Part shown: positions 8,843 through 16,762 of the stretch, piece by piece
Layout of the letters: each line of letters starts with the position of its first letter
How positions within the stretch are numbered: the stretch's first letter is position 1
Assembly: GCA_903889565.1 (NCBI GenBank)
Contig: CAISYC010000018.1
Location: 18,712-82,711 of the forward strand
Direction of reading: 5' to 3'
Length of the DNA: 64,000 nt
DNA from: an uncultured beta proteobacterium
Lineage (GTDB): Bacteria; Pseudomonadota; Gammaproteobacteria; Burkholderiales; SG8-41
Notes under the pieces: generated by a model
Told to the model about the DNA's origin: nothing
What the model saw: the letters and a program-made list of their open reading frames with translations, nothing else
Database searches by the model: none
Position numbers and translations under genes: made by a program

Positions 8843-9484
8843 TTATTTTTCGCCGCGTTTCATGCGCAGCCATTGCGGGTAGCTGATGCGCGGCATTTCG
8901 AAGCGGTCGGTGATCCGCGCATAGCCGCCGTTGCCGGCGAGCCGGCCGATCGGGTTGACGCGGCCGACATCGACGTGGCCGCGTTCGTTGGCCAGTCCGT
9001 CCGCGAAGTGGTAGTAGAGCACTTCGCCGATCACAAGGTGATACGGCCGGCGCCCGAGCTTCAACATCTGCACGAGTCTGCATTCGAAGGCGGCCGGCGC
9101 CTCCTTGATGCGCGGCGCCCGCACTTTCGCAGCGGATACTGCGGTAAAGCCCGCCTGCCTGATTTCGTCGACGCCGCGCGGGAATTCCACCGCACACACG
9201 TTCATGCGGTCGCTCATGTCTGCGCTGACGATGTGAATCACGAATTCAGGGCACCAGGCGATGTTGGTTACGGTGTCCTTGGCGCCGTCGTCGCGGTCGC
9301 TCACGGAAAACATCAGCATGCCGGGATCGGTGCAGGCGACGTTGAAGAAGCTGAACGGCGCCGCGTTCGGTCCGTCGGGGCCCAGGGTCGTCACCAGCGC
9401 GATCGGGCGCGGCGTCACCGCGCCGTGCAGCAGCCTTGATTGCGTCGCCTGGTCGAGCGTTGCGGCGTCGAATTCCACGCGCAA
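8843..9484 (-). CDS. flavin reductase-like FMN-binding domain protein
   Basis: 213 aa. LLHGAVTPRPIALVTTLGPDGPNAAPFSFFNVACTDPGMLMFSV is the flavin reductase domain signature. Confidence 0.8.
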   Translation of the reverse strand: MRVEFDAATLDQATQSRLLHGAVTPRPIALVTTLGPDGPNAAPFSFFNVACTDPGMLMFSVSDRDDGAKDTVTNIAWCPEFVIHIVSADMSDRMNVCAVEFPRGVDEIRQAGFTAVSAAKVRAPRIKEAPAAFECRLVQMLKLGRRPYHLVIGEVLYYHFADGLANERGHVDVGRVNPIGRLAGNGGYARITDRFEMPRISYPQWLRMKRGEK

Positions 9485-9504
9485 TCAACCAGCGTTGCCG
9501 TACA

Positions 9505-10464
9505 TCAGGGCGTCTCTTTGTAAACGGCATCGACGGCCGAAAGGACGCGGACCGGCTGGTCCCACGCCGGATACTGCGCCTTGAATTCTTCAACCAGCAG
9601 CCTGCCGGCGGCGTTCGCCGATTGGCCTTCGCGCTTGAGCGCGATGGCGCGGCGCTGCAGCGCGGCAAGCAAGGCGCGATTGGCGCCGATGATCGCGGCA
9701 TCCGCGAGGTCGCCGTGCGAACCCACGACTTGCGTGGCGCCGAGGCGGTCGAGCAGGTCGAGGCTGGCGAGCCATGTGCGCATGCTCGACTGCGGCATCG
9801 CGAACGCAGGGAAGATGTTCTTCATCGCAAGGTCACCGGAGAACAGCACCTTGTCTTCCTCGACGAAAAGCGCGGTGTCGCCGAGCGTGTGTGCCGGCCC
9901 GACATAGATCAGGCGCACGCGCACGCCGCCCAGGTCGATGGTCTTTTCCCTGTCGAAAATCTCGTCCGCCTTGCGGATCGATGCGCCCTTCAGGATCTCC
10001 GCGAGTTCAGGCGAACGTTTGGCAAAAATGCCGATCCACTCCATGCCGGCTTCGTCGATGTCTTTTTGCGCGGCTGCGGCACGTACGATCTTCGCGTCGG
10101 GAAACGCCATGCCCCCGGTGGTGTGTTCGGGATGCAGATGGGTGGTGAAAAGGTAGATCCGGGTGTTCCTGCTGACCTTCGCCGTTTCGCGCGCGACCGC
10201 CTGTCCGCTCAAGAGTCCCATGCCGGGATCGACGATCATGGTGGCCGTCTCGCCGACGATGATGCCGACGTTCGGCACCCGCGGCACCGATTCGCTGGGG
10301 ATGACGTAGACGTGCGGCGAAATCCGGACCGTCGTGCCTTCCTTCACCACCGGCCATTCCTTGTCGCCTTTGGGCGGCCGCGTCGTGTTGAAGACCTGCG
10401 CCGCGGCCGTTGCGCTGACGGCCGCGAGCAATACGATCACCGCGTATCGAAGTCTGCTCCGCAT
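9505..10464 (-). CDS. secreted MBL-fold metallo-hydrolase with motif HLHPEH
   Basis: 319 aa. Signal peptide MRSRLRYAVIVLLAAVSATAAAQ. VGIIVGETATMIVDPGMG ... TTHLHPEHTTGG (10123-10140) ... GPAHTLGD ... LFSGDL ... VVGSHGD. Collinear paralog of 5198..6142. Confidence 0.85.
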   Translation of the reverse strand: MRSRLRYAVIVLLAAVSATAAAQVFNTTRPPKGDKEWPVVKEGTTVRISPHVYVIPSESVPRVPNVGIIVGETATMIVDPGMGLLSGQAVARETAKVSRNTRIYLFTTHLHPEHTTGGMAFPDAKIVRAAAAQKDIDEAGMEWIGIFAKRSPELAEILKGASIRKADEIFDREKTIDLGGVRVRLIYVGPAHTLGDTALFVEEDKVLFSGDLAMKNIFPAFAMPQSSMRTWLASLDLLDRLGATQVVGSHGDLADAAIIGANRALLAALQRRAIALKREGQSANAAGRLLVEEFKAQYPAWDQPVRVLSAVDAVYKETP

Positions 10465-10490
10465 GCCGGTCTCCCCCTTTGAGCGGACGA

Positions 10491-11684
10491 TTATCGGTTC
10501 GCCTGCAGCACTTCGGCGACCCAGTCGGCCATGTAGGCCATGCCGATGCTGACGTTATCAACCTGGCAGTGGTGGTAGCCGCCTTCAGCGCGCCTGAAGA
10601 TTTTCATGTGCTTGTTGGCAGAGCCGCAGGCGTTGATCATGTTCTGCGCGTGATCGAACGGCGCCTGCTGGTCGCCCTCGCCGTGCACCAGCAGGTAAGG
10701 GCAGCGCATTTTCTGGATCACGCCGTCGAGCTTGAAGCCTTCGAGTTTTTTGAACGCTTCTTCTTTTGTTTTGACGCCGAATACCCACAGCAGGTGCTGC
10801 CACGGCACCGACAGCGAAAGAATCTCGCCGCGCTCGATGCGCGCGAGGCGCTGCTGCCACTTGGTGTGGTAGTCCCACTCCGGGCCCCATGAAATGCAGC
10901 AGGCAAAGCGCGGGTCCATCGACGCCGCGCGCGGCGCGTAGTAACCGCCGAGCGAGAGCGCCATGATGCCGATTCTTTTCGGGTCGAATTCGGCGCGCGC
11001 GGCGAGAAAATCATAAGCGGCGCCGGCATGGCGTTCGGTTTCGTGATGCAGCAGCAGATTGCGAAAGCGGATCGCTTCGCCATTGCCGGGGCCGTCGAGC
11101 AGCAGAACCGAGATGCCGCGCTTGACCATTTCCGGAATGCCGCGGAAATACTGAATCTCTTTGGTCACATCGAAGCCGTCGAGGAACAGCATGACCGGGC
11201 CTTTTTTGCCCGCCTTTTGCTCCGCGTGGACGATGATGCCGGGCAGGCTGGTGCCTTCGTACGGCACTTCGACGTGTTCGAGATGCAGCGCCTTGTTGAG
11301 TTCCGCGGCCTTGCGGAAGGCATCGACGCCGCGTTTGTAGGCGGCCTGCGTCTCCCCGGTCTTCGGTTGCGAGAAGCGCTCGCCGACATGATAGTAGTGC
11401 GCGGCGCGCAGCAGATAAGACGATGCCGTAATGTCGTGTCCCTTGGCCGCCTCGGCGTGGCCGATGTTTTCGATGCGCTCGGCTTCGCCCGCCCATTCGT
11501 TGAACCAGGCGATGTCGTCGCCGACATGGTTTTGCAGGCGCAGACCGATGCGGTTGATCTCGTCGATCTCGGCGCCGCCCCATGGCGCGCCGCCCAATGC
11601 GATCAGCACGCCGTGCGACCAGCGGTAGTTGTCGGGGAAATAGCTGTAGGCAAGCTCGCCGTCAGGCAGCTTCGAGCTGGGCAT
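10491..11684 (-). CDS. alpha/beta hydrolase (FrsA / 2,6-dihydropseudooxynicotine-hydrolase-like)
   Basis: 397 aa. Nucleophile elbow IGIMALSLGGYYAPRAAS. LLVHGEGDQQ and GGYHHCQ are plausible acid and His positions. The N-terminal helical region is typical of this subfamily. The subfamily assignment is from memory. Confidence 0.7.
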   Translation of the reverse strand: MPSSKLPDGELAYSYFPDNYRWSHGVLIALGGAPWGGAEIDEINRIGLRLQNHVGDDIAWFNEWAGEAERIENIGHAEAAKGHDITASSYLLRAAHYYHVGERFSQPKTGETQAAYKRGVDAFRKAAELNKALHLEHVEVPYEGTSLPGIIVHAEQKAGKKGPVMLFLDGFDVTKEIQYFRGIPEMVKRGISVLLLDGPGNGEAIRFRNLLLHHETERHAGAAYDFLAARAEFDPKRIGIMALSLGGYYAPRAASMDPRFACCISWGPEWDYHTKWQQRLARIERGEILSLSVPWQHLLWVFGVKTKEEAFKKLEGFKLDGVIQKMRCPYLLVHGEGDQQAPFDHAQNMINACGSANKHMKIFRRAEGGYHHCQVDNVSIGMAYMADWVAEVLQANR

Positions 11685-11717
11685 TGCATTCTCCTGTTGT
11701 TTGAATGGACGCGACGG

Positions 11718-12695
11718 CTACAGTCGCGGGATGCCGGATTCGATGATGATCCTGCGGAATTTTTCGACGTCGCGGTTGACGATGACACGGAATTCTTCAG
11801 GCGTGTTGCCGACCGGCACGAGGCCGAGCTGGCGGAAACGTTCCGCCACCTCGGGCGATTGCAGGGCGATGACAATGGCCTTGTAGGCGGCGCGCACCGC
11901 GGCGTCCGGCGTTTTTGCCGGCGCGAACAGGCCGTTCCAGAATTGGAAGTCGTAACCGGTCACGCCCTGCTCGGCGAGTGTCGGCACGTCGGGCATCACC
12001 GGCGAGCGCGTCGCGCTGGTGATGCCGTAAACCTTGATGCGCCCCGATTGCATGTTTTTCAGCGTCGCCAGCGGCGTCAGCAGCGAAATGTCGGCCTCAC
12101 CCGAGACCACCGCGAGTTCCGACGGCGCGCTGCCCTTGTATTGCACGTTGGTCATTTTGATTTTGAGCGCCGACCACAACGCGTCGCCGGCGAGTTCGCC
12201 AGTGGCGCCGGGAATGGCAATATTGAGTCCGCCGTTGCGCGTTTTCGCATGGGCGGCGAGTTCCTGAATCGAATTGCCGGGCAGGCGCGCGTTCGCCGCC
12301 ACCACCATGCCGGTGGTGGCGAACTGGCTCACCGGTGTGAAGTCGCGCACCGGATCGTAGGGCAGGTTTTTGTACAGATAGGCATTCACGGCGTGGGTGC
12401 CGCTGTTGCCGACGGCGAAGGTGTTGCCGTCGGGCAGGGACTTCGACGCGATCTCCATGCCGACGATGCCGTTGTTGCTGGCACGGTTGTCGACGATGAT
12501 GGTGACGCCCATCGCCTCGGTCATCTTCGGCACCAGCAGACGGATCTGCACGTCCGAAGGACCGCCGGGCGCCGAGCCGACGATCATGCGCACGGGGCGG
12601 TTCGACAAATTCTGCGCGAGCGCGGCGGTCGCGAAGCCGCTTGCGCAAAGCAGCACCGCAGCTGCGTGCACGAATGTTGTGGTGAGTGTGTTCAT
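11718..12695 (-). CDS. Bug/TctC-family periplasmic solute-binding protein
   Basis: ORF 11718..12857. Start ATG 12695. MNTLTTTFVHAAAVLLCASGFATAALAQNLSNRPVRMIVGSAPGGPSD, PDGNTF, VQYKGSAPS, GVTGYD. Confidence 0.9.
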   Translation of the reverse strand: MNTLTTTFVHAAAVLLCASGFATAALAQNLSNRPVRMIVGSAPGGPSDVQIRLLVPKMTEAMGVTIIVDNRASNNGIVGMEIASKSLPDGNTFAVGNSGTHAVNAYLYKNLPYDPVRDFTPVSQFATTGMVVAANARLPGNSIQELAAHAKTRNGGLNIAIPGATGELAGDALWSALKIKMTNVQYKGSAPSELAVVSGEADISLLTPLATLKNMQSGRIKVYGITSATRSPVMPDVPTLAEQGVTGYDFQFWNGLFAPAKTPDAAVRAAYKAIVIALQSPEVAERFRQLGLVPVGNTPEEFRVIVNRDVEKFRRIIIESGIPRL

Positions 12696-12718
12696 GACCC
12701 GAAAGTATATTCCATCGG

Positions 12719-13540
12719 CTATGCTTTTTCCGTTGCGCGCGAGTGCTGAATGAAGTCGCGCACCGCCTGCGCGCAGCGGTCGGAGTCCGTCGCGGCGACG
12801 TGAAAGGAGTCGCCCGCCAGCGCGAGCAGGGTGGAATGCGGAATCTTCCGTTGCCATGCGGCAGTCTCGTCAACCGTGCCGAGCGCGCTGCCCTCGGTGG
12901 TGATGACCAGCGTCGGGCATTGGATATTCGGCAGATCGGCGGCGACATCCCAACCGGGGATGGTGCCGACAAAACCCAGGGCCGTCGATTGCGGCGTCGC
13001 TCCCATCAGCTTCGCCCACCATTCGAATCCCGCCGCCGGAAACCGGCTGCCGAGCCGGCCCGCCATCGTGCCGCGCGCCCACGCCTCGACGCCTTCGCGT
13101 TCGATCTGTGCGAGCCATTTGTCGAGCGTGCCCGGTTTATGATCGCGCCGCGGCGGCGGCGTGCCGATCAGCGTCAGCGTCTGCACGCGCTCGGCGTAGC
13201 GCGCGGCAAAGCGCCGCGCGATGGTGCCGGCGATTTTTGCGCCAACGACGTGATAGTGCGCGATGCCGAGCTGCTGCATCAGGCCGGCGAAATCATCGAC
13301 GACATCGTCGAGCTTCCATGGGTAGTCGCGCGGCATCGGCGTCGATTGACCCATGCCGCGCATGTCCGGGCGCACTACGCGGAACTGCCGCGCGAGATGC
13401 GGCACCCAGCCGAACCACATCGCGCCGCTCTCGCTGCTTCCGTGCAGCAGCAGGATGGTTTCCGGCGTGCTCCACGGGTCGGTGTAATCGTCGATCAGAT
13501 AATGCATATCAAGGTCGGCGGCAACGGGTGCGGTTGGCAT
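12719..13540 (-). CDS. alpha/beta-hydrolase-fold protein (enol-lactonase-like) with Lys at the nucleophile position
   Basis: 273 aa. ILLLHGSSESGAMWFGWVPHLARQFRVVRPDMRGMGQS is the classic alpha/beta N-terminal pattern. The elbow reads HVVGAKIAGTIA (GAKIAG, 13226-13243) instead of G-x-S-x-G. C-terminal segment is GDSFHVAA. Confidence 0.75.
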   Translation of the reverse strand: MPTAPVAADLDMHYLIDDYTDPWSTPETILLLHGSSESGAMWFGWVPHLARQFRVVRPDMRGMGQSTPMPRDYPWKLDDVVDDFAGLMQQLGIAHYHVVGAKIAGTIARRFAARYAERVQTLTLIGTPPPRRDHKPGTLDKWLAQIEREGVEAWARGTMAGRLGSRFPAAGFEWWAKLMGATPQSTALGFVGTIPGWDVAADLPNIQCPTLVITTEGSALGTVDETAAWQRKIPHSTLLALAGDSFHVAATDSDRCAQAVRDFIQHSRATEKA

Positions 13541-13573
13541 GCTGATGTTCCCCTCAGATTAATCATGCAATTG

Positions 13574-13602
13574 CCTCTCCCCGCTAGCGCGGGGCGAGGG
13601 AG
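13574..13602. repeat. REP-like GC-rich palindromic element, copy A (inverted relative to copy B)
   Basis: CCTCTCCCCGCTAGCGCGGGGCGAGGGAG. Its reverse complement, CTCCCTCGCCCCGCGCTAGCGGGGAGAGG, differs from 15609-15638 at 2 positions. Intergenic. Confidence 0.7.
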
Positions 13603-13619
13603 CATTTTTTGATCTGCCG

Positions 13620-14609
13620 CTACTTTACACCCGCCGACTTGACGACTTTCGACCAGATTGCGACTTCGCGCGCGATCAGTTTGCCGAATTCTGCCGGCGT
13701 GGTGGTCACCGGCTCGGCGCCCTCGGCGGCGAGGCGCTCGCGCATGTCCGGGCTGCGCATGGCCGTCGTCAGCGCTGTACCGAGCCGGGCGATGATTTCA
13801 GGCGGCGTGTGCGCCGGCGCGGCGACGCCGAACCAGTTCGGCACCACGTAGCCGGGCACACCCGCTTCGACCACCGTCGGCAGGTCCGGCAGCGCCGTCG
13901 AGCGTGCTTCGCCCGTCACCGCCAGCGCGCGCAAACGGCCGGTTTTGATATGCGGCACGGCCGCCGTGATGTTGGCGAACATGAGGTGTATTTCGCCGGC
14001 CACCAGTGCGCTCACCGCGGGGCCGGAGCCTTTGTAGGGCACGTGCACGATGTTGATGCCGGTCATGCCGCGGAAATATTCGGCTGCCATATCGCTCGAA
14101 TTGCCGTTGCCGCCGGAGCCGAAATTGAGCCGGCCGGGGCGCGCCTTCGCCAGCGCGATGAGTTCTTTCAGCGTATGCACGGGCAGCGACGGATGCACGA
14201 CGACGATGTAGTGGCCGGTGGTGGCCTGACCGACCGGCGCGAAATCGCGGATCACGTCGTACGGCAGGTCGCGCTCGTAACTCGCCGAGATCGTGAACGA
14301 CGGCGCCACCATCAACAGCGTATAGCCGTCGGGCGCCGCGCGCGAAACGAATTGCACGCCAAGCGTGCCGCCGGCGCCGGCGCGATTCTCGACGACGATG
14401 ATCGCGCCCAGGGATTCGCTCATGCGCTGCGCGACGATGCGGCCGACGATATCGACGCCGCTGCCCGGGGACGACGACACCATGAGACGAACCGGTTTGG
14501 CCGGATAGTCCTGCGCGGTTGCGGTTGCCGCCACCGCCATGGCGAGAGCGATCGCGAGCGTGCCGTGCAGGGTGGGGAAGCAAAGCGCGTGGCCGTTGAT
14601 GCGGATCAT
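13620..14609 (-). CDS. Bug/TctC-family periplasmic solute-binding protein
   Basis: ORF 13620..14666. Start ATG 14609. MIRINGHALCFPTLHGTLAIALAMAVAATATAQDYPAKPVRLMVSSSPGSGVD, PDGYTLLM, VPYKGSGPA, GVPGY. Confidence 0.9.
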   Translation of the reverse strand: MIRINGHALCFPTLHGTLAIALAMAVAATATAQDYPAKPVRLMVSSSPGSGVDIVGRIVAQRMSESLGAIIVVENRAGAGGTLGVQFVSRAAPDGYTLLMVAPSFTISASYERDLPYDVIRDFAPVGQATTGHYIVVVHPSLPVHTLKELIALAKARPGRLNFGSGGNGNSSDMAAEYFRGMTGINIVHVPYKGSGPAVSALVAGEIHLMFANITAAVPHIKTGRLRALAVTGEARSTALPDLPTVVEAGVPGYVVPNWFGVAAPAHTPPEIIARLGTALTTAMRSPDMRERLAAEGAEPVTTTPAEFGKLIAREVAIWSKVVKSAGVK

Positions 14610-14759
14610 GTTTTGAGTGTAGCGCGGATGAAATGTAAAGTAATCCGGGGGTCGGATATCGCGCATGCACTGCGTGCAGCCGCCGGATTAGCGGTTCCGC
14701 GGTGCGCTGCCCGGGAGTATCCTGCGGTATTCATATCGCCTGATTCGCGGAGCGCCGCC

Positions 14760-15587
14760 ATGACCTACGAACTCTATTACTGGCCCCACATCCAGGGCCG
14801 CGGCGAATTTGTGCGCCTCGCACTCGAACAGGCCGGCGCCGCTTACATTGATGTCGCGCGCGAACCCGAATCCGCCGGCATGGGTGTCGCCGCGATCCGG
14901 CGGCTGCTGGCCGATGAAACGCCGGCGATGCCGCCTTATGCGCCGCCGATACTGAAGGTCGGCGATACACTGATCGCGCAGACCGCCAATATCCTGCAGT
15001 TTCTCGGCGCGCGTCATGAGGTGGCGCCCGCCGATGAAGCCGGCCGCCTGTGGGCGCACCAATTGCAGCTGACGGTGACCGATTTCGTGGTGCACATTCA
15101 TGACACGCACCATCCGATTGCCGGCAGCCTGTATTACGAAGAGCAGATTCCGGAAGCGAAACGGCGCGCCGAAAAATTTCACGCCGAGCGGCTGCCGCGT
15201 TTTTTGCATTATTTCGAGCGCGTGCTGCGCGTCAACCCGGCCGGCGGCGGTTTCATGGTCGGCAACCGGTTGACCTATGTGGATCTGTCAATGTTCCAGT
15301 TGGTCGCCGGCTTGCGTTATGCATTTCCGCGCGCGATGAAAAAAATCCAACCGGCGTTGCCGCTGCTGACCGCTCTTGCGTCGCGCGTCGAAGCGCTGCC
15401 GCGCATCGCCGCTTATCTGCAATCGAAGCGCCGCCTGCCGTTCAATCAGCAGGGCATTTTCAGGCATTATCCGGAGCTCGATCTGCGGCCGCCGCGCGCC
15501 GCGGCGAAACGCAAAACCGTCGTGAAGAAAAAGAGTGCCAGAAAACCGGCGCGCAAAGCGGCGAGTACAAAAGCAAAAAAGAAATGA
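14760..15587 (+). CDS. glutathione S-transferase family protein with a Lys/Ala-rich C-terminal tail
   Basis: This is the 3-prime part of ORF 13809..15587; the real start is ATG 14760. MTYELYYWPHIQGRGEFVRLALEQAGAAYIDVAR is a GST N-terminal domain. The protein ends RPPRAAAKRKTVVKKKSARKPARKAASTKAKKK. Confidence 0.8.
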   Translation: MTYELYYWPHIQGRGEFVRLALEQAGAAYIDVAREPESAGMGVAAIRRLLADETPAMPPYAPPILKVGDTLIAQTANILQFLGARHEVAPADEAGRLWAHQLQLTVTDFVVHIHDTHHPIAGSLYYEEQIPEAKRRAEKFHAERLPRFLHYFERVLRVNPAGGGFMVGNRLTYVDLSMFQLVAGLRYAFPRAMKKIQPALPLLTALASRVEALPRIAAYLQSKRRLPFNQQGIFRHYPELDLRPPRAAAKRKTVVKKKSARKPARKAASTKAKKK

Positions 15588-15608
15588 ATAGCCCATTCAA
15601 AGTAGAGA

Positions 15609-15651
15609 CCCCCTCGCCCCGCGCGAGCGGGGAGAGGGCAGGGGTGAGGGG
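15609..15651. repeat. REP-like GC-rich palindromic element, copy B (hairpin plus GGGGTGAGGGG tail)
   Basis: CCCCCTCGCCCCGCGCGAGCGGGGAGAGGGCAGGGGTGAGGGG, 22 nt after the GST stop. The hairpin arms are CTCGCCCCGC and GCGGGGAGAG. Confidence 0.7.
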
Positions 15652-15703
15652 TAAATGGTTGCGCGGAAATACGCGCCCTCTCTTCCCCTTGTCAGGCCTG
15701 CCC

Positions 15704-16669
15704 ATGATTTCAATTATCAGCGTTGCACGCGCTGCCGCATTCATTTTCGCCGCTTGCGGCATCGCGCACGCCGATAACTGGCCGTCGAAACCGATTCGCC
15801 TCATCTCGCCCTTCGTGCCCGGCGGCGGCGCCTCGCTGGTGGCGCGGCTGGTCGGCCCCGATCTCACCGAAGTGCTCGGCCAGTCGATCGTCGTTGACAA
15901 CCGCGGCGGTGGCGGCGGCGTGATCGGCAGCGAGATCGCCGCGCATTCGCGGCCCGACGGCTACACGCTGGTGATGGGCACGGCAAGCAACATCTCGGTG
16001 CGGCCGCTGGTGGACCGGGTGCCGTACGATCCCTTGCGTGATTTCGCGCCCGTCATTCAAACGACAACAGTGCCGCTGGTGCTGTGCGTGCATCCGTCGA
16101 TGCCCGCAAAAACCGTGAAGGAGTTCATTGCGCTGGGCCGCGCGCCGGATTCGAAGCTGAATTTCGCGTCCTCGGGCGAGGGCACCATCAGCCATCTTGC
16201 CGGCGAACTGTTCAAGATGTCGTCGGGCGTGCGGATGTCGCATGTGCCGTACAAGGGCGGCGGTCAGGCCATCATCGACGTCATCGCCGGCCATGTGCAG
16301 GTCGGCTTCATCAATATTCTCGAGGCCTCATCGCAGATCAAATCCGAGCGCCTGCGCGCGCTGGCGGTGACCACAGCCGAGCGTTCGCCTATCCTGCCCA
16401 ATGTGCCGACCGTCGGCGAATCGGGGCTCGCCGGTTATGAGGTTACGCAGTGGAGCGGCATGTTCGCGCCGGCCGGCACGCCGGCGGTCATCATTGCGCG
16501 GCTCAACGCCGAACTCGACAAGATTCTGCGCAAACCGCTGACGCGTGAACGTCTCGCCGCTGATGGCGCGCAGCCGGGCGGCGGTTCAGCCGAAACATTC
16601 GCCGCTTTCGTCAAGGCTGATATCGAGAAGTGGAGCAGGGTGGTGAAGAACGCGGGACTCGCGAAATAG
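15704..16669 (+). CDS. Bug/TctC-family periplasmic solute-binding protein
   Basis: ORF 15584..16669. Start ATG 15704. MISIISVARAAAFIFAACGIAHADNWPSKPIRLISPFVPGGGAS, PDGYTLVM, VPYKGGGQA, GLAGYE. Confidence 0.9.
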   Translation: MISIISVARAAAFIFAACGIAHADNWPSKPIRLISPFVPGGGASLVARLVGPDLTEVLGQSIVVDNRGGGGGVIGSEIAAHSRPDGYTLVMGTASNISVRPLVDRVPYDPLRDFAPVIQTTTVPLVLCVHPSMPAKTVKEFIALGRAPDSKLNFASSGEGTISHLAGELFKMSSGVRMSHVPYKGGGQAIIDVIAGHVQVGFINILEASSQIKSERLRALAVTTAERSPILPNVPTVGESGLAGYEVTQWSGMFAPAGTPAVIIARLNAELDKILRKPLTRERLAADGAQPGGGSAETFAAFVKADIEKWSRVVKNAGLAK

Positions 16670-16690
16670 CAAATACACCCACCACCTCAA

Positions 16691-16727
16691 TCCTCCCCCT
16701 CAAGGGGGGAAGGCGGGGATGGGCGGT
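16691..16727. repeat. REP-like element, copy C (related architecture)
   Basis: TCCTCCCCCTCAAGGGGGGAAGGCGGGGATGGGCGG is a hairpin (CCCCCT/AGGGGG) followed by a G-rich tail and TAAA. Copy B has the same layout (hairpin + GGGGTGAGGGG + TAAA). Confidence 0.5.
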
Positions 16728-16762
16728 AAAGGTTGTTTGTCGCAAACAATAAAAGGAAAACA

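Noticed and set aside
13809-14759. N-terminal 317 codons of the 592-aa ORF 13809..15587
   Set aside because: This part is antisense to the Bug gene 13620-14609 and has shadow-ORF composition. The GST domain begins exactly at ATG 14760 (MTYELYYWP...).
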